A stretch of DNA of 64,000 nucleotides from Eledone cirrhosa (GCA_964016885.1 OZ024740.1:441502001-441566000), one strand, 5' to 3'; counted from the stretch's first letter, positions 27,670 to 41,808 are shown. The notes: generated from the letters alone by a model not told the origin. Program-made: numbers and translations.

Positions 27670-27782
27670 ACATTTAAATAAATTCAAGGTGAAAGACTAA
27701 TTCTCACCAATATCTCTCACTATTGCATTCTTTTTCTATGTCCATATCTGCATTGTCTTGGCCTTATTACACATATTCTAAC

Positions 27783-27840
<58 letters not shown>

Positions 27841-27859
27841 ATATATATAGTCCACACTG

Positions 27860-28025
27860 TAAATGTGGTTGGTGTTAGGAAGGGCATCCAGCCGTAGAAA
27901 ATCCGCCAGACAGTCCTATACGAGCGAGACATGGTCACCCGACCAGTCTTGCCTCAAGTGGGACAATTCCCGTCTAACCCATGCTAGCGTGGAAGATAGA
28001 TGTGAGACGATGATGATGATGATGA
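27860..28025 (+). mobile_element. 3' part of a second SINE-like family ending in (GAT)n
   Basis: ggtgttaggaagggcatccagccgtagaaa...aacccatgctagcgtggaa...(gat)n; family recognised from memory, single copy here. Confidence 0.6.
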
Positions 28026-28030
28026 TATAT

Positions 28031-28127
<97 letters not shown>

Positions 28128-28128
<1 letters not shown>

Positions 28129-28932
28129 CTTTGATAACTTTGATAACTTTGATAGGCTTCGGCCAGTATTGGCCCAGGCCATGTCTAACTTAATAGCACC
28201 ACCTGGCGAAGTCTTACAAATCAGTGTTTGGGCACCATGGCCCACTCGAGCAGAGAGTTATTGTTTACGGAGGCATATCCGGGTGTAGGAGGTTTATCCG
28301 GGATTTCTTGAAGGAATTTATCCAAAGACTTCTTGAACTTGATGGGGTCTGTTTCTGTTTTAATGTGTTTTGGTGTAATGTTAAAGAGTGCAGGGCCAAT
28401 TGAGGGGAAATAATTGTGCCGTATTGTTGTTATGAAATGCGACTGAGATTTTTGTCGCGGGCGATAGCACGGGGCCCCAGCCTTGGGTGTACATTAAAGG
28501 TGATGCCAACATCATTTGGACAAAGCTGATGGAATATTTTCCACATCATGTAGATAATGTAGCGCTCACTGCGACGTTGGAGAGAATAAAGGTTGAGCTT
28601 TTCTAATCGACCCCAATAGTCAAGGCCTGTCATGGCATCTATCTTTTTTGAAATCTATCTTTAGGGTGCTTCAACTTTCATGATACTTTGTTTCGTGTGG
28701 GGAGACCACAGTGGACAACAGTATTCAAGGTGGGGTCGGGCAAAAGAGGAGAAGAGAAGGATAACAGTGTGGATATCTCTCGACTGGAAGGTTCTGAGAA
28801 TCCAGAAACACATTCTGCAGGCCATGTCAACTTTACTATTTATGAGTGGCCCAGCTTTTGTTGTTGTCCACAACTACTCTCAGATCTCTGATGTTGTTGG
28901 ATGCCACGAAAGTTTCACCTGAAGGAAGAGAG
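28128..28932 (-). mobile_element. 3' fragment of CR1-group LINE
   Basis: Homologous to 63060-63873 (FARPHLEYCCPLWSPH, YSLQRR); tail (caaagttat)n followed by (TA)n. Confidence 0.92.
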
Positions 28933-28964
<32 letters not shown>

Positions 28965-29066
28965 TGTGTGTGTGTATACATATATATACATATATATAAA
29001 TATATACTATATATATATCTATATGTATGTATCTATCTATCTATCTCTCTCTCTATATATATATAT

Positions 29067-29101
<35 letters not shown>

Positions 29102-29111
29102 TAAATATATA

Positions 29112-31885
29112 TACAATGATATTAAATAAATGGAAACTATATTTATAAAACCATATTTATTCTATTATAGAATTTAATAATCATTTATTCTAATAGAATT
29201 TAATAATCAACTCTGGACAAGAGCCGACAGAAAAAAACAATTTTGATATCACTATGGGATCATCTGACTCAGCGCAAGTAACGGACCTCGTTGGATTATT
29301 TTTTAATAATGTACTTCATAGGAAAATGCCAGAGATGGCCGGAGGTTTATATCGTGACGATATCTTACTTTTAATTGAAAACCATAGAAATAGTGAAATT
29401 AATAGGAAAAAGGAAATTCATAATACAATCTTTCAACAACTACAAAATCGTTAACTTCTTAGATGTAACCTTAAACCTTAGCACAGGTTTTTACTATCCA
29501 TTCGATAAAATTAACGAAAATCTAAATTACGGAAGTTTCAATTCTAATCATCCTAGTAATATAAAAAACACTATTGTCAATAGCGTCCAACAACGTATTT
29601 CACGCATCTCTGCTAATAAAAATATTTTTGATGATAAGGCAGAATATTACATTGAAGCTTTACATAGAGCAGGATACTCGAATAAATTTAAATACATTGA
29701 TAACAATAACATGACAAATCATCCTAGAATTAATTATAATAACAATAAACAATTTAACTTAACACTAAACAGAACAAAAAGACTAGAACTAGAAATATTT
29801 TTTGGTAGTCTCCCCCATTCTCATTAAGCGTTAAAACGCCTTTAGCAAAGCTATTTTTTAAAGCACTAGATAAATGTTTTCCTAAAGCCCACAGATACCA
29901 CTCTATTTTTACCAGACACACAATAAAACTATCCTACTCTAATACTATGAACATAGCACAAAATATAAATAGAATTAATAATAGAAACTTAAATTTAAAC
30001 CCTAACCAAACAAACCAAGATAGCAATAATAATATTTCTAACAACAATATTCAGAATAATAGTACCGTTCCGAACAACAACTCCAGAAAATGTAACTGTA
30101 GAATCAAATCAAACTGCCCTTTACAAAATAATTGCTTAGACAAAAACGTAGTTTATAAATGCACAGTTAAAACTAGAGACAAAATATTTAACTATATTGG
30201 TGCCACTTCTACAAAATTCAAAGAACGCTGGTATAACCATAAACACACATCTAATAGATCCGATAAAAAATCTTCCACTTCACTTTCACATTTAATTTGG
30301 AATTTAAAAGACAACAATATGGACTATTCAATATCTTGGGGAACGATTTCGAAAGCACCTGCATACCGAAATATGGCTTTCTCAAGATTCTGTAACTTGG
30401 GTATCGAGGAATTTTTTTATATAATTAACTGTCAAAATTCTATTAATCTTAAAACAGAATTATTTTCTAGTTGCACACATCGCCAAAATTCCACTTTCAG
30501 AAGTATTTTTAATTTATATTCATTACACTTGACTATATCTTATACACATTTAAAATGATCCTATTATTTACTGAGTACTTTTTTTTAAAATTTAAATTTA
30601 AATTTTTTTTAATGATCTTCCTTCTTAATTTTATAATATTTTTGTAATATTTTTTACTATTTTTACCATTTGACATTATTTTCTTAATGACATTCCTCTG
30701 AATATATTTTTTTAGATGTAGCTTGATAATCTTTAATTGACATTCTGAAAGTTTATCCTCTTTACGATAGTTCTTCGAAATTCACATTACTTTTTTCCTC
30801 TTCTTTGAACTTCAAACTTTCACACATCTTTTGACTAAAATAATATATAATTAAAATTAATCTCACACAAAATAATATATAATTTTCTCTATATATTCTC
30901 TGAGTAAATCATTCATCAAATTTAACGGTTAGCAAACAAGATTGGAGTTATCTTGCCCTTTTCAATCGTGCAAACATAAACATTATATTATAATATAATA
31001 TGTATGATAAACTATATAACTTCGCTAAATTAACAATATTCTGAAAACATTTTCAATGTTGGAACAAAATATTTGAATCTACAAATTGTTCTCCTCTTAC
31101 AACTTTAACTACGTGTTTTTTTTATGTAAAATGCAGAATCAATATCCTTCGTAACTCATATGAGAAATCTAAACAACTAATAATTGTAACTTATTTCTAT
31201 TTCTATAATACTTATACGTGCACAATTATTAATCTATATAGATATTTATATACTTACAACCTGTTGTAATGTAACAAGATAAAATCTACTTACAACCATA
31301 ATTCTTCATATAATCTAATTGATTATATATACAATATACTCATAATATAGCTAATATATATACTCATAATATAGCTAAATAAATTTAAATTCTGGAATCA
31401 TATTTCACCATTGCCGCAAATTGTTAATTCCTTTTAAATTAACGTAAGTACAAGCTCTTCTTTCTTTTTTTTCTTTTTCCTACTTGTACATACATATATC
31501 CTAATTATTTAAATTCTGCATAGTGTCTAAAATAACGATTTTTTCAGCCCTATACCTCAACCTCATTTGCATACTCATCTTAATAATTTGAAATATCTGA
31601 CTTTTCTTCTCTTTTCCTTCACTATCCAAGAAAAACTTGAACAGTTAAGGTATCTGTTCTTGGTTATGTCAACAATTATAAAACAAACTTTTTATTTATC
31701 TGATGAGAGCGTACCAAAGTTCTGGTACCCTTGAAATATATATAAGAGTATAAATATGGTTTTATAAATATAGTTTCCATTTACTTAATATCATTGAATA
31801 TTATACTCCAGAAAACTGTCGAGTGCTCTGACTTATAAACATTTATATTTGTTGAATTACCAACAAATTGAATATCCCCTTTGCT
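29112..31885 (+). mobile_element. 5'-truncated Naiad-type PLE with inverted tail copy at its 5' end
   Basis: MGSSDSAQVTDLVG, GLYRDD, VNFLDVTLNL, CNC..CPL, VVYKC..YIG; 29112-29168 is the reverse complement of about 31740-31797; (TA)n flanks. Confidence 0.9.
31691..31754 (+). ncRNA. Hammerhead motif in PLE 3' tail
   Basis: CTGATGA-GAGcgtaccaaagttctggtaccCTT-GAAA-TATATA-TA; stem I partly decayed. Confidence 0.78.
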
Positions 31886-32047
31886 TATATATATATATAT
31901 ATAACGAAGGAAATGTGGTAAGGAACCAAGTGGACCATAACGCACCAAAGTACTCAATACTTAGCGTAGTAGAGTGAGTAATATGAACGAGTAGGACCCC
32001 GAGGAACGGCGTCCTACTCGTTCCTATATATATATATATATATACAT

Positions 32048-32525
32048 ATATTGTTATGTTTGGGAGGGTCATGTTGCCAATAAGAAACACACGCACCAGT
32101 TCCTTTCACTTCAATTTATTATGAACTAAATTTATAAATTTAGGAATTTATAAATTTCCGGTTGGTTGGTTGGTTGGTTTCACAACCAGACGATTGTTGA
32201 TATATTGTCAAAGTTCTTTCGTCACACATTCTGTGACCTGTTCAGTGACTGGGGATTCTTTTCTTTTCTTTGTTTTTGTGCCTCTCATTTGGAGAGGCAC
32301 AAAAACAAAGAAAATAATCCCTAGTCACTGAACAGGTCACAGAATGTGTGACGAAAGAACTTTGACAATATATCAACAATCGTCTGGTTGTGAAACCAAC
32401 CAACCAACCAACCGGAAATTTATAACTTCCTAAATTTATAAATTTAGTTTATAATAAATTGAAGTGAAAGGAACTGGTGCGTGTGTTTCTTATTGGCAAC
32501 ATGACCCTCCCAAACATAACAATAT
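32048..32525. repeat. Non-coding palindrome of the tail of the 41965-45732 PLE family, HHR in each arm
   Basis: Arms 32048-32286 / 32292-32525; HHR at 32324-32366 with core CTGAACA in both arms. Confidence 0.93.
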
Positions 32526-32595
32526 CGGTTTCAACACACGTTTTCAGATAGAGAATCTTTCTAAAGAAATTCAGAAACGAAATATATATATATAT

Positions 32596-32963
32596 ATAAA
32601 ATATTAAACAAATAATGAATAAACAATTCCTTATATTAAACAAAAAAAGTTCATTATTTAACGATCGTTTCTAGGATATATATGTGTTAGAATTGGTATG
32701 CATATTCAACAGATCTATGTACAAAATTATACAAAATTATACAAATTATCAAGATTAAATATACATACCAACACATATATACGCCGGTTGGTATGTATAT
32801 TTAATCTTGATAATTTGTATAATTTTGTATAATTTTGTACATAGATCTGTTGAATATGCATACCAATTCTAACACATATATATCCTAGAAACGATCGTTA
32901 AATAATGAACTTTTTTTGTTTAATATAAGGAATTGTTTATTCATTATTTGTTTAATATTTTAT
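32596..32963. repeat. 177-bp inverted repeat with 14-nt spacer, containing an HHR 3' half
   Basis: Arms 32596-32772 / 32787-32963; GAAA-CGATCG-TT. Confidence 0.93.
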
Positions 32964-33094
32964 CTTGACTCTGTATACCGTTTATCTTTCACCGAAAGTG
33001 ATTTTTCATTACATCTCTTCTTTCCATGATATCCGGAATACATTGAGTTCTTCATACGGATTGGACACTACCGTAAACTCTTGGTAGATTTATC

Positions 33095-33185
<91 letters not shown>

Positions 33186-33339
33186 GTATATATATCCTCT
33201 CTCTATATCCTGTACGAAACATCTCTACCCCTCCATCAAGCTCCCACCTTCCCAATTATCTTTTAAAACACTGTCCCTCTCATCTTATACCAGAGTTGTT
33301 GTCAAGAAGATAATGTGTGGAGGCTCTTTTATTGATGCT

Positions 33340-36300
33340 GTTGTTGTTAGTGGTGGTGGTGGTGGTGCTGTTGCTGTCGTTGACGTTGTTGCTGTTACTG
33401 TTGTTGCTGCAGTTGTTGTTGTTTGTATACAGTGGTGGGGTGGTGGTGGTGGTGGTAGTGGTGTTGTTGTTGTTTATATACAGTGGTGGGGTGTTGGTGT
33501 TGGTGGTGGTGGTGGTAGTGGTGTTGTTGTTGTTGGTATACAGTGGTGGGGTGTTGGTGTTGGTGGTGGTGTTGTTGTTTGTATACAGTGGTGGGGTGGT
33601 GGTGGTGGTGGTAGTGGTGGTGTTGTTGTTGTTTGTATACAGTGGTGGGGTGTTGGTGGTGGTGGTAGTGGTGGTGTTGTTGGTATACAGTGGTGGGGTG
33701 GTGGTGGTGGTGGTAGTGGTGGTGTTGTTGTTGTTTGTATACAGTGGTGGGGTGTTGGTGGTGGTGGTAGTGGTGGTGTTGTTGGTATACAGTGGTGGGG
33801 TGGTGGTGGTGGTGGTAGTGGTGGTGTTGTTGTTGTTTGTATACAGTGGTGGGGTGTTGGTGGTGGTGGTAGTGGTGGTGTTGTTGGTATACAGTGGTGG
33901 GGTGTTGGTGGTGGTGGTAGTGGTGGTGTTGTTGGTATACAGTGGTGGGGTGTTGGTGGTGGTGGTAGTGGTGGTGTTGGTGGTGGTGGTGGTAGTGGTG
34001 TTGTTGTTGTTGGTATACAGTGGTGGGGTGTTGGTGTTGGTGGTGGTGTTGTTGTTTGTATACAGTGGTGGGGTGGTGGTGGTGGTGGTAGTGGTGGTGT
34101 TGTTGGTATACAGTGGTGGGGTGGTGTTGGTGGTGGTAGTAGTGGTGTTGTTGTTGTTTGTATACAGTGGTGGGGTGTTGGTGGTGGTGGTAGTGTTGTT
34201 GTTTGTATACAGTGGTGGGGTGTTGGTGGTGGTGGTAGGGGTGTTGTTGTTGTATACAGTGGTGGGGTGGTGGTGGTGGTGGTGGTGTTGTATTCAGTGG
34301 TGGGGTGTTGGTGGTGGTGGTGTTGTTGTTGTTGGTATACAGTGGTGGGGTGTTGTTGGTGGTGGTGGGGGGTATACAGTGGTGGGGTGTTGGTGGTGGT
34401 GGTGTTGTTGTTGTTGGTATACAGTGGTGGGGTGTTGTTGGTGGGGGTGGGGGTGGGGGTGGGGGTATACAGTGGTGGGGTGTTGGTGGTGGTGGTGGTG
34501 GTGTTGTTGTTGTTGTATACAGTGGTGGTGGTGGTGGTGGTGGTGGTAGTAGTGGTGTTGTTGTTGTATACAGTGGTGGGGTGGTGGTGGTGATAGTGGT
34601 GTTGTTGTTGGTATACAGTGGTGGGGTGTTGGTGGTGGTGGTGGTGGTGTTGTTGTTTGTATACAGTGGTGGGGTGGTGGTGGTGGTGGTAGTGGTGGTG
34701 TTGTTGTTGGTATACAGTGGTGGGGTGTTGGTGGTGTTGTTGTTGTTGTTTGTATACAGTGGTGGGGTGGTGGTGGTGGTGGTAGTAGTGGTGTTGTTGT
34801 TGGTATACAGTGTTGGGGTGTTGGTGGTGGTGGTGGTGGTGTTGTTGTTGGTATACAGTGGTGGTGGTGGTGGTGGTAGTGGTGGTGTTGTTGTTGGTAT
34901 ACAGTGGTGGGGTGTTGGTGTTGTTGTTGTTGTTTGTATACAGTGGTGGGGTGGTGGTGGTGGTAGTAGTGGTGGTGTTGTTGGTATACAGTGGTGGGGT
35001 GGTGGTGGTGGTGATATGGTGGTGTTGTTGTTGGTATACAGTGGTGGGGTGTTGGTGGTGGTGGTGGTGGTAGTGGTGTTGTTGTTGTTTATATACAGTG
35101 GTGGGGTGTTGGTGGTGGTGTTTGTATACAGTGGTGGGGTGGTGGTGGTGGTGGTAGTGGTGTTGTTGTTGTTTGTATATAGTGGTGGGGTGGTGGTGGT
35201 GTTGTTGTTTGTATACAGTGGTGGGGTGGTGGTGGTGGTGGTAGTGGTGGTGTTGTTGTTTATATACAGTGGTGGGGTGTTGGTGGTGGTGGTGGTGGTG
35301 GTGTTGTTGTTTATATACAGTGGTGGGGTGTTGGTGGTGGTGGTGGTGGTGGTGTTGTTGTTTATATACAGTGGTGGGGTGTTGGTGTTGGTGGTGGTGG
35401 TGGTAGTGGTGTTGTTGTTGTTTATATACAGTGGTGGGGTGTTGGTGGTGTTGTTGTTGTTGTTTGTATACAGTGGTGGGGGGGGGGGGGTAGTGGTGGT
35501 GTTGTTGTTTATATACAGTGGTGGGGTGGTGGTGGTGGTGGTAGTGGTGTTGTTGTTTGTATACAGTGGTGGGGTGGTGGTGGTGGTGGTAGTGGTGTTG
35601 TTGTTTGTATACAGTGGTGGGGTGGTGGTGGTGGTGGTGGTGGTGTTGTTGTTTGTATACAGTGGTGGGGTGGTGGTGGTGGTGGTAGTGATGGTGTTGT
35701 TGTTTGTATACAGTGGTGGGGTGGTGGTGGTGGTGGTAGTGGTGTTGTTGTTTGTATACAGTGGTGGGGTGGTGGTGGTGGTGGTAGAGGTGGTGTTGTT
35801 GTTGTTTGTATACAGTGGTGGGGTGGTGGTTATGGTGGTGGTGGTGGTGTTGTTTTTGTTTGTATATAGTGGTGGGGTGGTGGTGGTGGTGGTAGTGGTG
35901 TTGTTGTTGTTTTTATACAGTGGTGGGCTGTTGGTAGTGGTGGTAGTGGTGTTGTTGTTGTTTGTATACAGTGGTGGGGTGTTGGTGGTGGTGGTAGTGG
36001 TGTTGTTGTTGGTATACAGTGGTGGTGTGGTGGTGGTGGTGGTAGTGGTGTTGTTGTTGTTTGTATACAGTGGTGGGGTGTTGGTGGTGGTGGTAGTGGT
36101 GTTGTTGTTGGTATACAGTGGTGGTGTGGTGGTGGTGGTGGTAGTGGTGTTGTTGTTGTTTGTATACAGTGGTGGGGTGTTGGTGGTGGTAGTGCTGTTG
36201 TTGTTGGTATACAGTGGTGGGGGGGGGTAGTGGTGTTGTTGTTGTTCGTATACAGTGGTGGGGTGTTGGTGGTGGTAGTGGTGGTGTTGTTTTTTTGTAT

Positions 36301-36415
36301 ATAGTGGTGGGGTGGTGGTGGTGGTGGTAGTGGTGGTGTTGTTGTTTGTATACAGTGGTGGGGTGGTGGTGGTGGTGGTAGTGGTGGTGTTGTTGTTTGT
36401 ATACAGTGGTGGGGT
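33340..36415. repeat. Variable-length minisatellite: tatacagtggtgggg anchor plus (GGT)n(GTT)n
   Basis: Seen directly. Confidence 0.95.
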
Positions 36416-36811
36416 TTTGGTAGAGTTTGTTTCTCTTCTGTTTAACTTCAGTTCTTTACAGTTACTTATTATCATGGCTGCTATTTTTCTCGTCACTTTT
36501 CTCATATTTTGGCGGTGTTTTTCTATCGGTTGGGACAGGGTGAGAGGGAGATCTTTATCATTTTTTATGAGAAAAAAAGAGTAGATTTTTATGTAAAGTT
36601 CAACCCTCCTGGGACCGTAATTAAGTTCAGCTTTCCACATCAGTATGCAAACTCACATTTTAGCACATTGAATACCAATTGGGTTTGGGGCTGTTATGTT
36701 TTCACTGGTTTCTGTTGTTTGTGTTTCTGAGCCGCATAAAATAAACCTTCACTGATCTGTCCTCTTAAAACTGAACCCAACATATTGTAAATTCCTTGAT
36801 CCCGCTCCACC

Positions 36812-37570
<759 letters not shown>

Positions 37571-37808
37571 TAGCCGTGTAATAAGTTCCAGGCGGTGCAC
37601 CGTAAAGCACTCAATGCTGTAACGGGTTCCGTTTAGTCTGTATTCCAGTGTAACGGCTGTAGTGTGTAGAGTGTAACTAGATTTAAAACAGTCGAAATCA
37701 GTGTTGCAGCATATGTACAAACTATTGATTCTACCTTGATATAATCGATATCGAAACAATTGTAATATTGAAATAAAGACTGTACATATGCTACAACACT
37801 GACTACCA

Positions 37809-37885
<77 letters not shown>

Positions 37886-38484
37886 AATGTTAGTACAGCA
37901 TTGACGAAGCTCTAGTTCGCGGCCAAGCTAACGAATGCAAATTCGGTATGCAGCTTTAGCACTCGGATGGGAAAAGTACCCCAGAATAATAATAATACGT
38001 TTAGACAGCTTAGCAAATCAAATATAGCGATCGGCAGTCCAGCCGCATCACCAGAGCAACGAAAATACAGGACTCAGGAAAAGATTTTAGACTGACCTGA
38101 ACAAAACTGTGAGACTGAATGCAAAATATATAATGCCTATCGTATAGCACACGATATACATCACATACAGCACACAACATCAGCGCTAGGTTTCTGCAAA
38201 TCCAAGATCGACAAATTCCGCTTGCAGGAGTCTGCAAGTTAATCGTTTTTGACGACAGAACAAAGGATTTCCTTCTTCAGCAAGTATGCTCTAGCATTAA
38301 ATTTCGCTATAAACACGTGGTTTTCTCCAAGGGAGGTAACCCCCGCTTTGGCGGTGAATTCCAATTTGAAACAAAGGAATGAATTCATTTAGACAAACCG
38401 AATTAAGCACTCAACCAGAAGTTATCAAACAAACATAAACAATTAATCAATCAATAGAATCGCCTAATTAAATTATATATATAT

Positions 38485-39291
38485 TAAATTCTGTTGGATA
38501 AATCTATATCCTGATTCTTTTTGAATTAAGTTTGAATTTTGTTTCCCACATCTTACGTTAACTATTTTCCCATTTTGACGCTATAGTCACTTATATATTA
38601 TGGAATACTGTTGGCTTCTTGCTACAATACTTTCTATACCTTTCATTTATATATTTATACTCGGAATTCTTTCCTAGAGTGCTTAAATTATTTGTGACTA
38701 ATCCCGGTATTTTTTAAAAAAAAAACCGCGATACTATTGTTTTTTGCTGAACTCCTTATTGTAGAGTTTTTTTTCGGAATGTTTTTGACTTGTTTCATGT
38801 AAACAAACATTCGTCTCATTCTGACCTCACCAGCCCTGTTTTTCCACATGTGCGTTTTATTTTCATAATCACGCATGATGTTAAACTAGCCTGCTTTTAA
38901 ATTCCCTTTTTGGCATATTAATCAGTGAGAATTTGGCTATCGTGTTGAGCTATGCTGATGATCGAATTCCAACCGTGACCATCTCCACTGAAAGTTTTCG
39001 TGAAATAGTCTTTTCAAGACTATACAGAGCATTTGTAGTTGTCCCAAATTGAAGGATGAGTATTTTAAACTTTATTTTATATCATGAGTTAAGGCTCTAT
39101 TGATTTTTCCCTGGATTTCACTAAATTCTGTTGGATAAATCTATATCCTGATTCTTTTTGAATTGAGTTTGAATTATTTTTCCCACATCTTACGTTAACT
39201 ATTTTCCCATTTTGACGCTATAGTCACTTATATATTATGGAATACTGTTGGCTTCTTGCTACAATACTTTCTATACCTTTCATTTATATAT
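38485..39291 (+). mobile_element. Non-coding unit with 170-bp direct terminal repeats (637-bp period) and an internal HHR
   Basis: 38485-38654 is nearly identical to 39122-39291; TA-rich at both outer ends. Confidence 0.7.
38949..39030 (+). ncRNA. Type I hammerhead with intact core and full stem III
   Basis: GCTATG-CTGATGA-tCGAA...TTCGt-GAA-ATAGTC ttttcaa GACTAT-A-CAGAGC. Confidence 0.78.
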
Positions 39292-39296
39292 ATATA

Positions 39297-39752
39297 AAGA
39301 ATGAATAATAACAGGTAGACATCATAACAAATTAATTTATTCTGTGTGCTTACAAATGTTTCCACGGTGGTTATACAGCCTAGTTATGCTATGTGCAAAT
39401 GTATAACTATTTGCAAAACTCAATTATCAAATGCTGTGACCACTGTATCATCAGAGCAGAATGGTTAAAATGTACAATGTAAATACCCTTAAGTGAGGTT
39501 ATTGGGGGAGATAGAATAGAAAAGGAAGAGAGAAAAGAAGTGGAGGGGGAGAGAGAGATATATGAAGGGGTTGGAGAAATGGGAGAGAGTGGTTTGTAGA
39601 TATCTTAATCAAAATGTTGTGGTAGGGGTTTTATTATACTGGTTACTCTTAAAGCGACCACCTTAAGCGATGCGTTGATAGTCAAGGTTTGAATTATTTA
39701 ATGCCACAGAGGGCAGGTTCATAGATGTGGAGAGGGGGGAGGTGAACCTAGG

Positions 39753-39792
<40 letters not shown>

Positions 39793-40610
39793 AGGGAATG
39801 GATAGAGAGGGGACAGACGAAAGCTATGGGATGGGTGTACATTGAGTTCATAGTAGTAGTCTACAAATTGCACTAAGTTTCCATTTATAGTAATAAGCAG
39901 GGTATTGTCTTGTAGTGTGGATGAAGAGAAAGTGGTTAGCTAGAAAGCAATGTTATAGTTACGGGTTCGAATGTTAAGTTATTTTATAGTGAGAGAATTT
40001 AGCCTTCAGTTTGTGGTTGCAGTATAATGATCGTTCGATTCTATCATTTAGTAATTTATTTTTGGATTTTAAGATGTAAAAGAGTTCAAGGTTACGTAAC
40101 CTACAGTACTTCAATCCACTCCGATATGCACTAGCACTGGAAAGTATATCCCATTTCAAGGTGAACTGTTGGTTGCGTTCACGGAGTTGCCAGGTCTTAT
40201 TGGCGAGCGTGGTCACAAAACGGTGATTACGATGTTTAATTGAGAATCGATGACGGTACCAGCGAGATTTAAAGGAGGTGGTGGTAGATCCGATGTAATA
40301 CCATTTCTGGTCGTTCGATTCAACAGTGCATTGGTAAACAATGTTGGACTTTAGGCATTTATTCTTCAATGGACATCTTTCAGGTAGGTGGCAGTTACAG
40401 TTTTTGTTGTGGGTAGCGGGTATACCTTGGATAGGTTGTGATAGCAGTACAGGTGGGTTGTGTAATACCCGTCTCCCATTTAGTGGTTGGGAGGCCGATA
40501 TTACGTTATGCTCATCTGTTATTAAAATATTTTGTTTTGTAGTGTTGTTTAATTGCTTCGAGTTAAGTTTTTTTATGTATGCTTCAAGGTTTGTGCCATA
40601 AAAAAACTTA
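39297..40610 (-). mobile_element. 5'-truncated Naiad-type PLE (GIY-YIG ORF 39974-40642) with 3' HHR
   Basis: CNCHLPERCPL..C, IVYQC..YYIGST..FKSRWYRH, TWQLR, CNHK. Confidence 0.9.
39347..39458 (-). ncRNA. Type I hammerhead with about 85-nt stem II region
   Basis: TGCT-CTGATGA-TACAGTGGTcACAGC...GCTGTatAACCACCGTG-GAAA-CAttTG-TA-AGCA. Confidence 0.82.
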
Positions 40611-41720
40611 ACTTGAAGCAAGTAAACAACACTACAAAACAAAATATTTTAACCCACCGTAACACCAGATCATGTAATCATTTTGTTGAACATATCACCC
40701 CAGCAACACCACCACCACCATGACCACAACACACATCGCTATACGTCCATAAACCTTTTTTTTTCCCGCGTTCCCTATGTCACCTTTTAACCTGTAACCC
40801 ATCGTAATATTCGATCCTGTATATTTTTGTCGCTCACAACTCCAGCACCACCACCACAAGACACAACCCCATACCTCAACATCCATTAACTTTATCAACA
40901 CCGCCAACACATACCTTCCCTCTCGAACCAACGCAAGCATTTTTTTAAATATATATATAGGCGTATGCATGCATGTATATGTATGTATATAATTTCTATA
41001 CTTTAATTTATATATATATATATATATGTATATATGTTCATGTATGTGTGTGTATATATGTATGTATGTATGTGTGTGTATGTGTATGTTTATGTATACG
41101 TGTGTGTACGTGTATATGTGCATATCCGTATGTGATGTGTGTATGTATGTGTATGTCTATATGTACAACACCATCTCTATTGGCTCTCACCTTCCCTCTA
41201 TCTTTGTTCTGGGCCACTCTCACCGATACTCCCCCACTCTCTCTATATATATCCACACACGCGCATGCACATACATGTGTGTATATATGCATATAGATAT
41301 ATGTATGTATGTGTGGATCTATGTGGGCGCGTGTATATGTGTGTGTATATGGGTGTGTACGTATGTATATATATATCAGTATATATATATATACAACGTA
41401 TTCGTCAGACTAAGAGTGTCTAGGTATGTATCTCCTCATGGACTCGACACCACCACAAACCCCACTACCATAAACAACAACACCACAACCACACCCCACA
41501 CACGCCAATCCGTCTACCGACAACCCACTACCCCCACACCACAGCCCATCCCAGTCAGCGACCGTCACCACCATCTTATCATCTCATCCACCGCCACATT
41601 CACTACAGGCCAGTACATCCCTTTGATCCTTCCCACCAATCAAAACAACTCATATTGTCAAACTCTTGAACTTCTGTCTTTACCACATAGCATGTATTTC
41701 ATTTTCTTATAGAATTTTAA

Positions 41721-41808
41721 AGGCTCCGTTGAGCTGTCGATCATTGAGTTGGGTAGGATCGATACAGATCGAACCTTGAGCTGATCAGTGGCGAAACGCG
41801 CGTCACCT
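41721..41808 (+). ncRNA. Hammerhead-like motif with variant core CCGTTGA
   Basis: AGGcT-CCGTTGA-GCTGTCGATCA...TGATCAGTGGC-GAAA-CGCGCG-TC-ACCT; relative at 46815-46957. Confidence 0.62.

Larger units (their letters stand above)
25462..27789. repeat. 2328-bp spacerless palindrome formed by two diverging 5'-truncated PLE copies
   Basis: Centre gatac|gtatc at 26625/26626; mirrored coordinates sum to 53251 at centre and ends (no net indel); three substitutions seen. Confidence 0.97.

Noticed and set aside
33395-36640. 1081-aa Thr/Pro/Asn-rich mucin-like ORF
   Set aside because: Product of a triplet-based minisatellite open in several frames on both strands; no signal of a real gene
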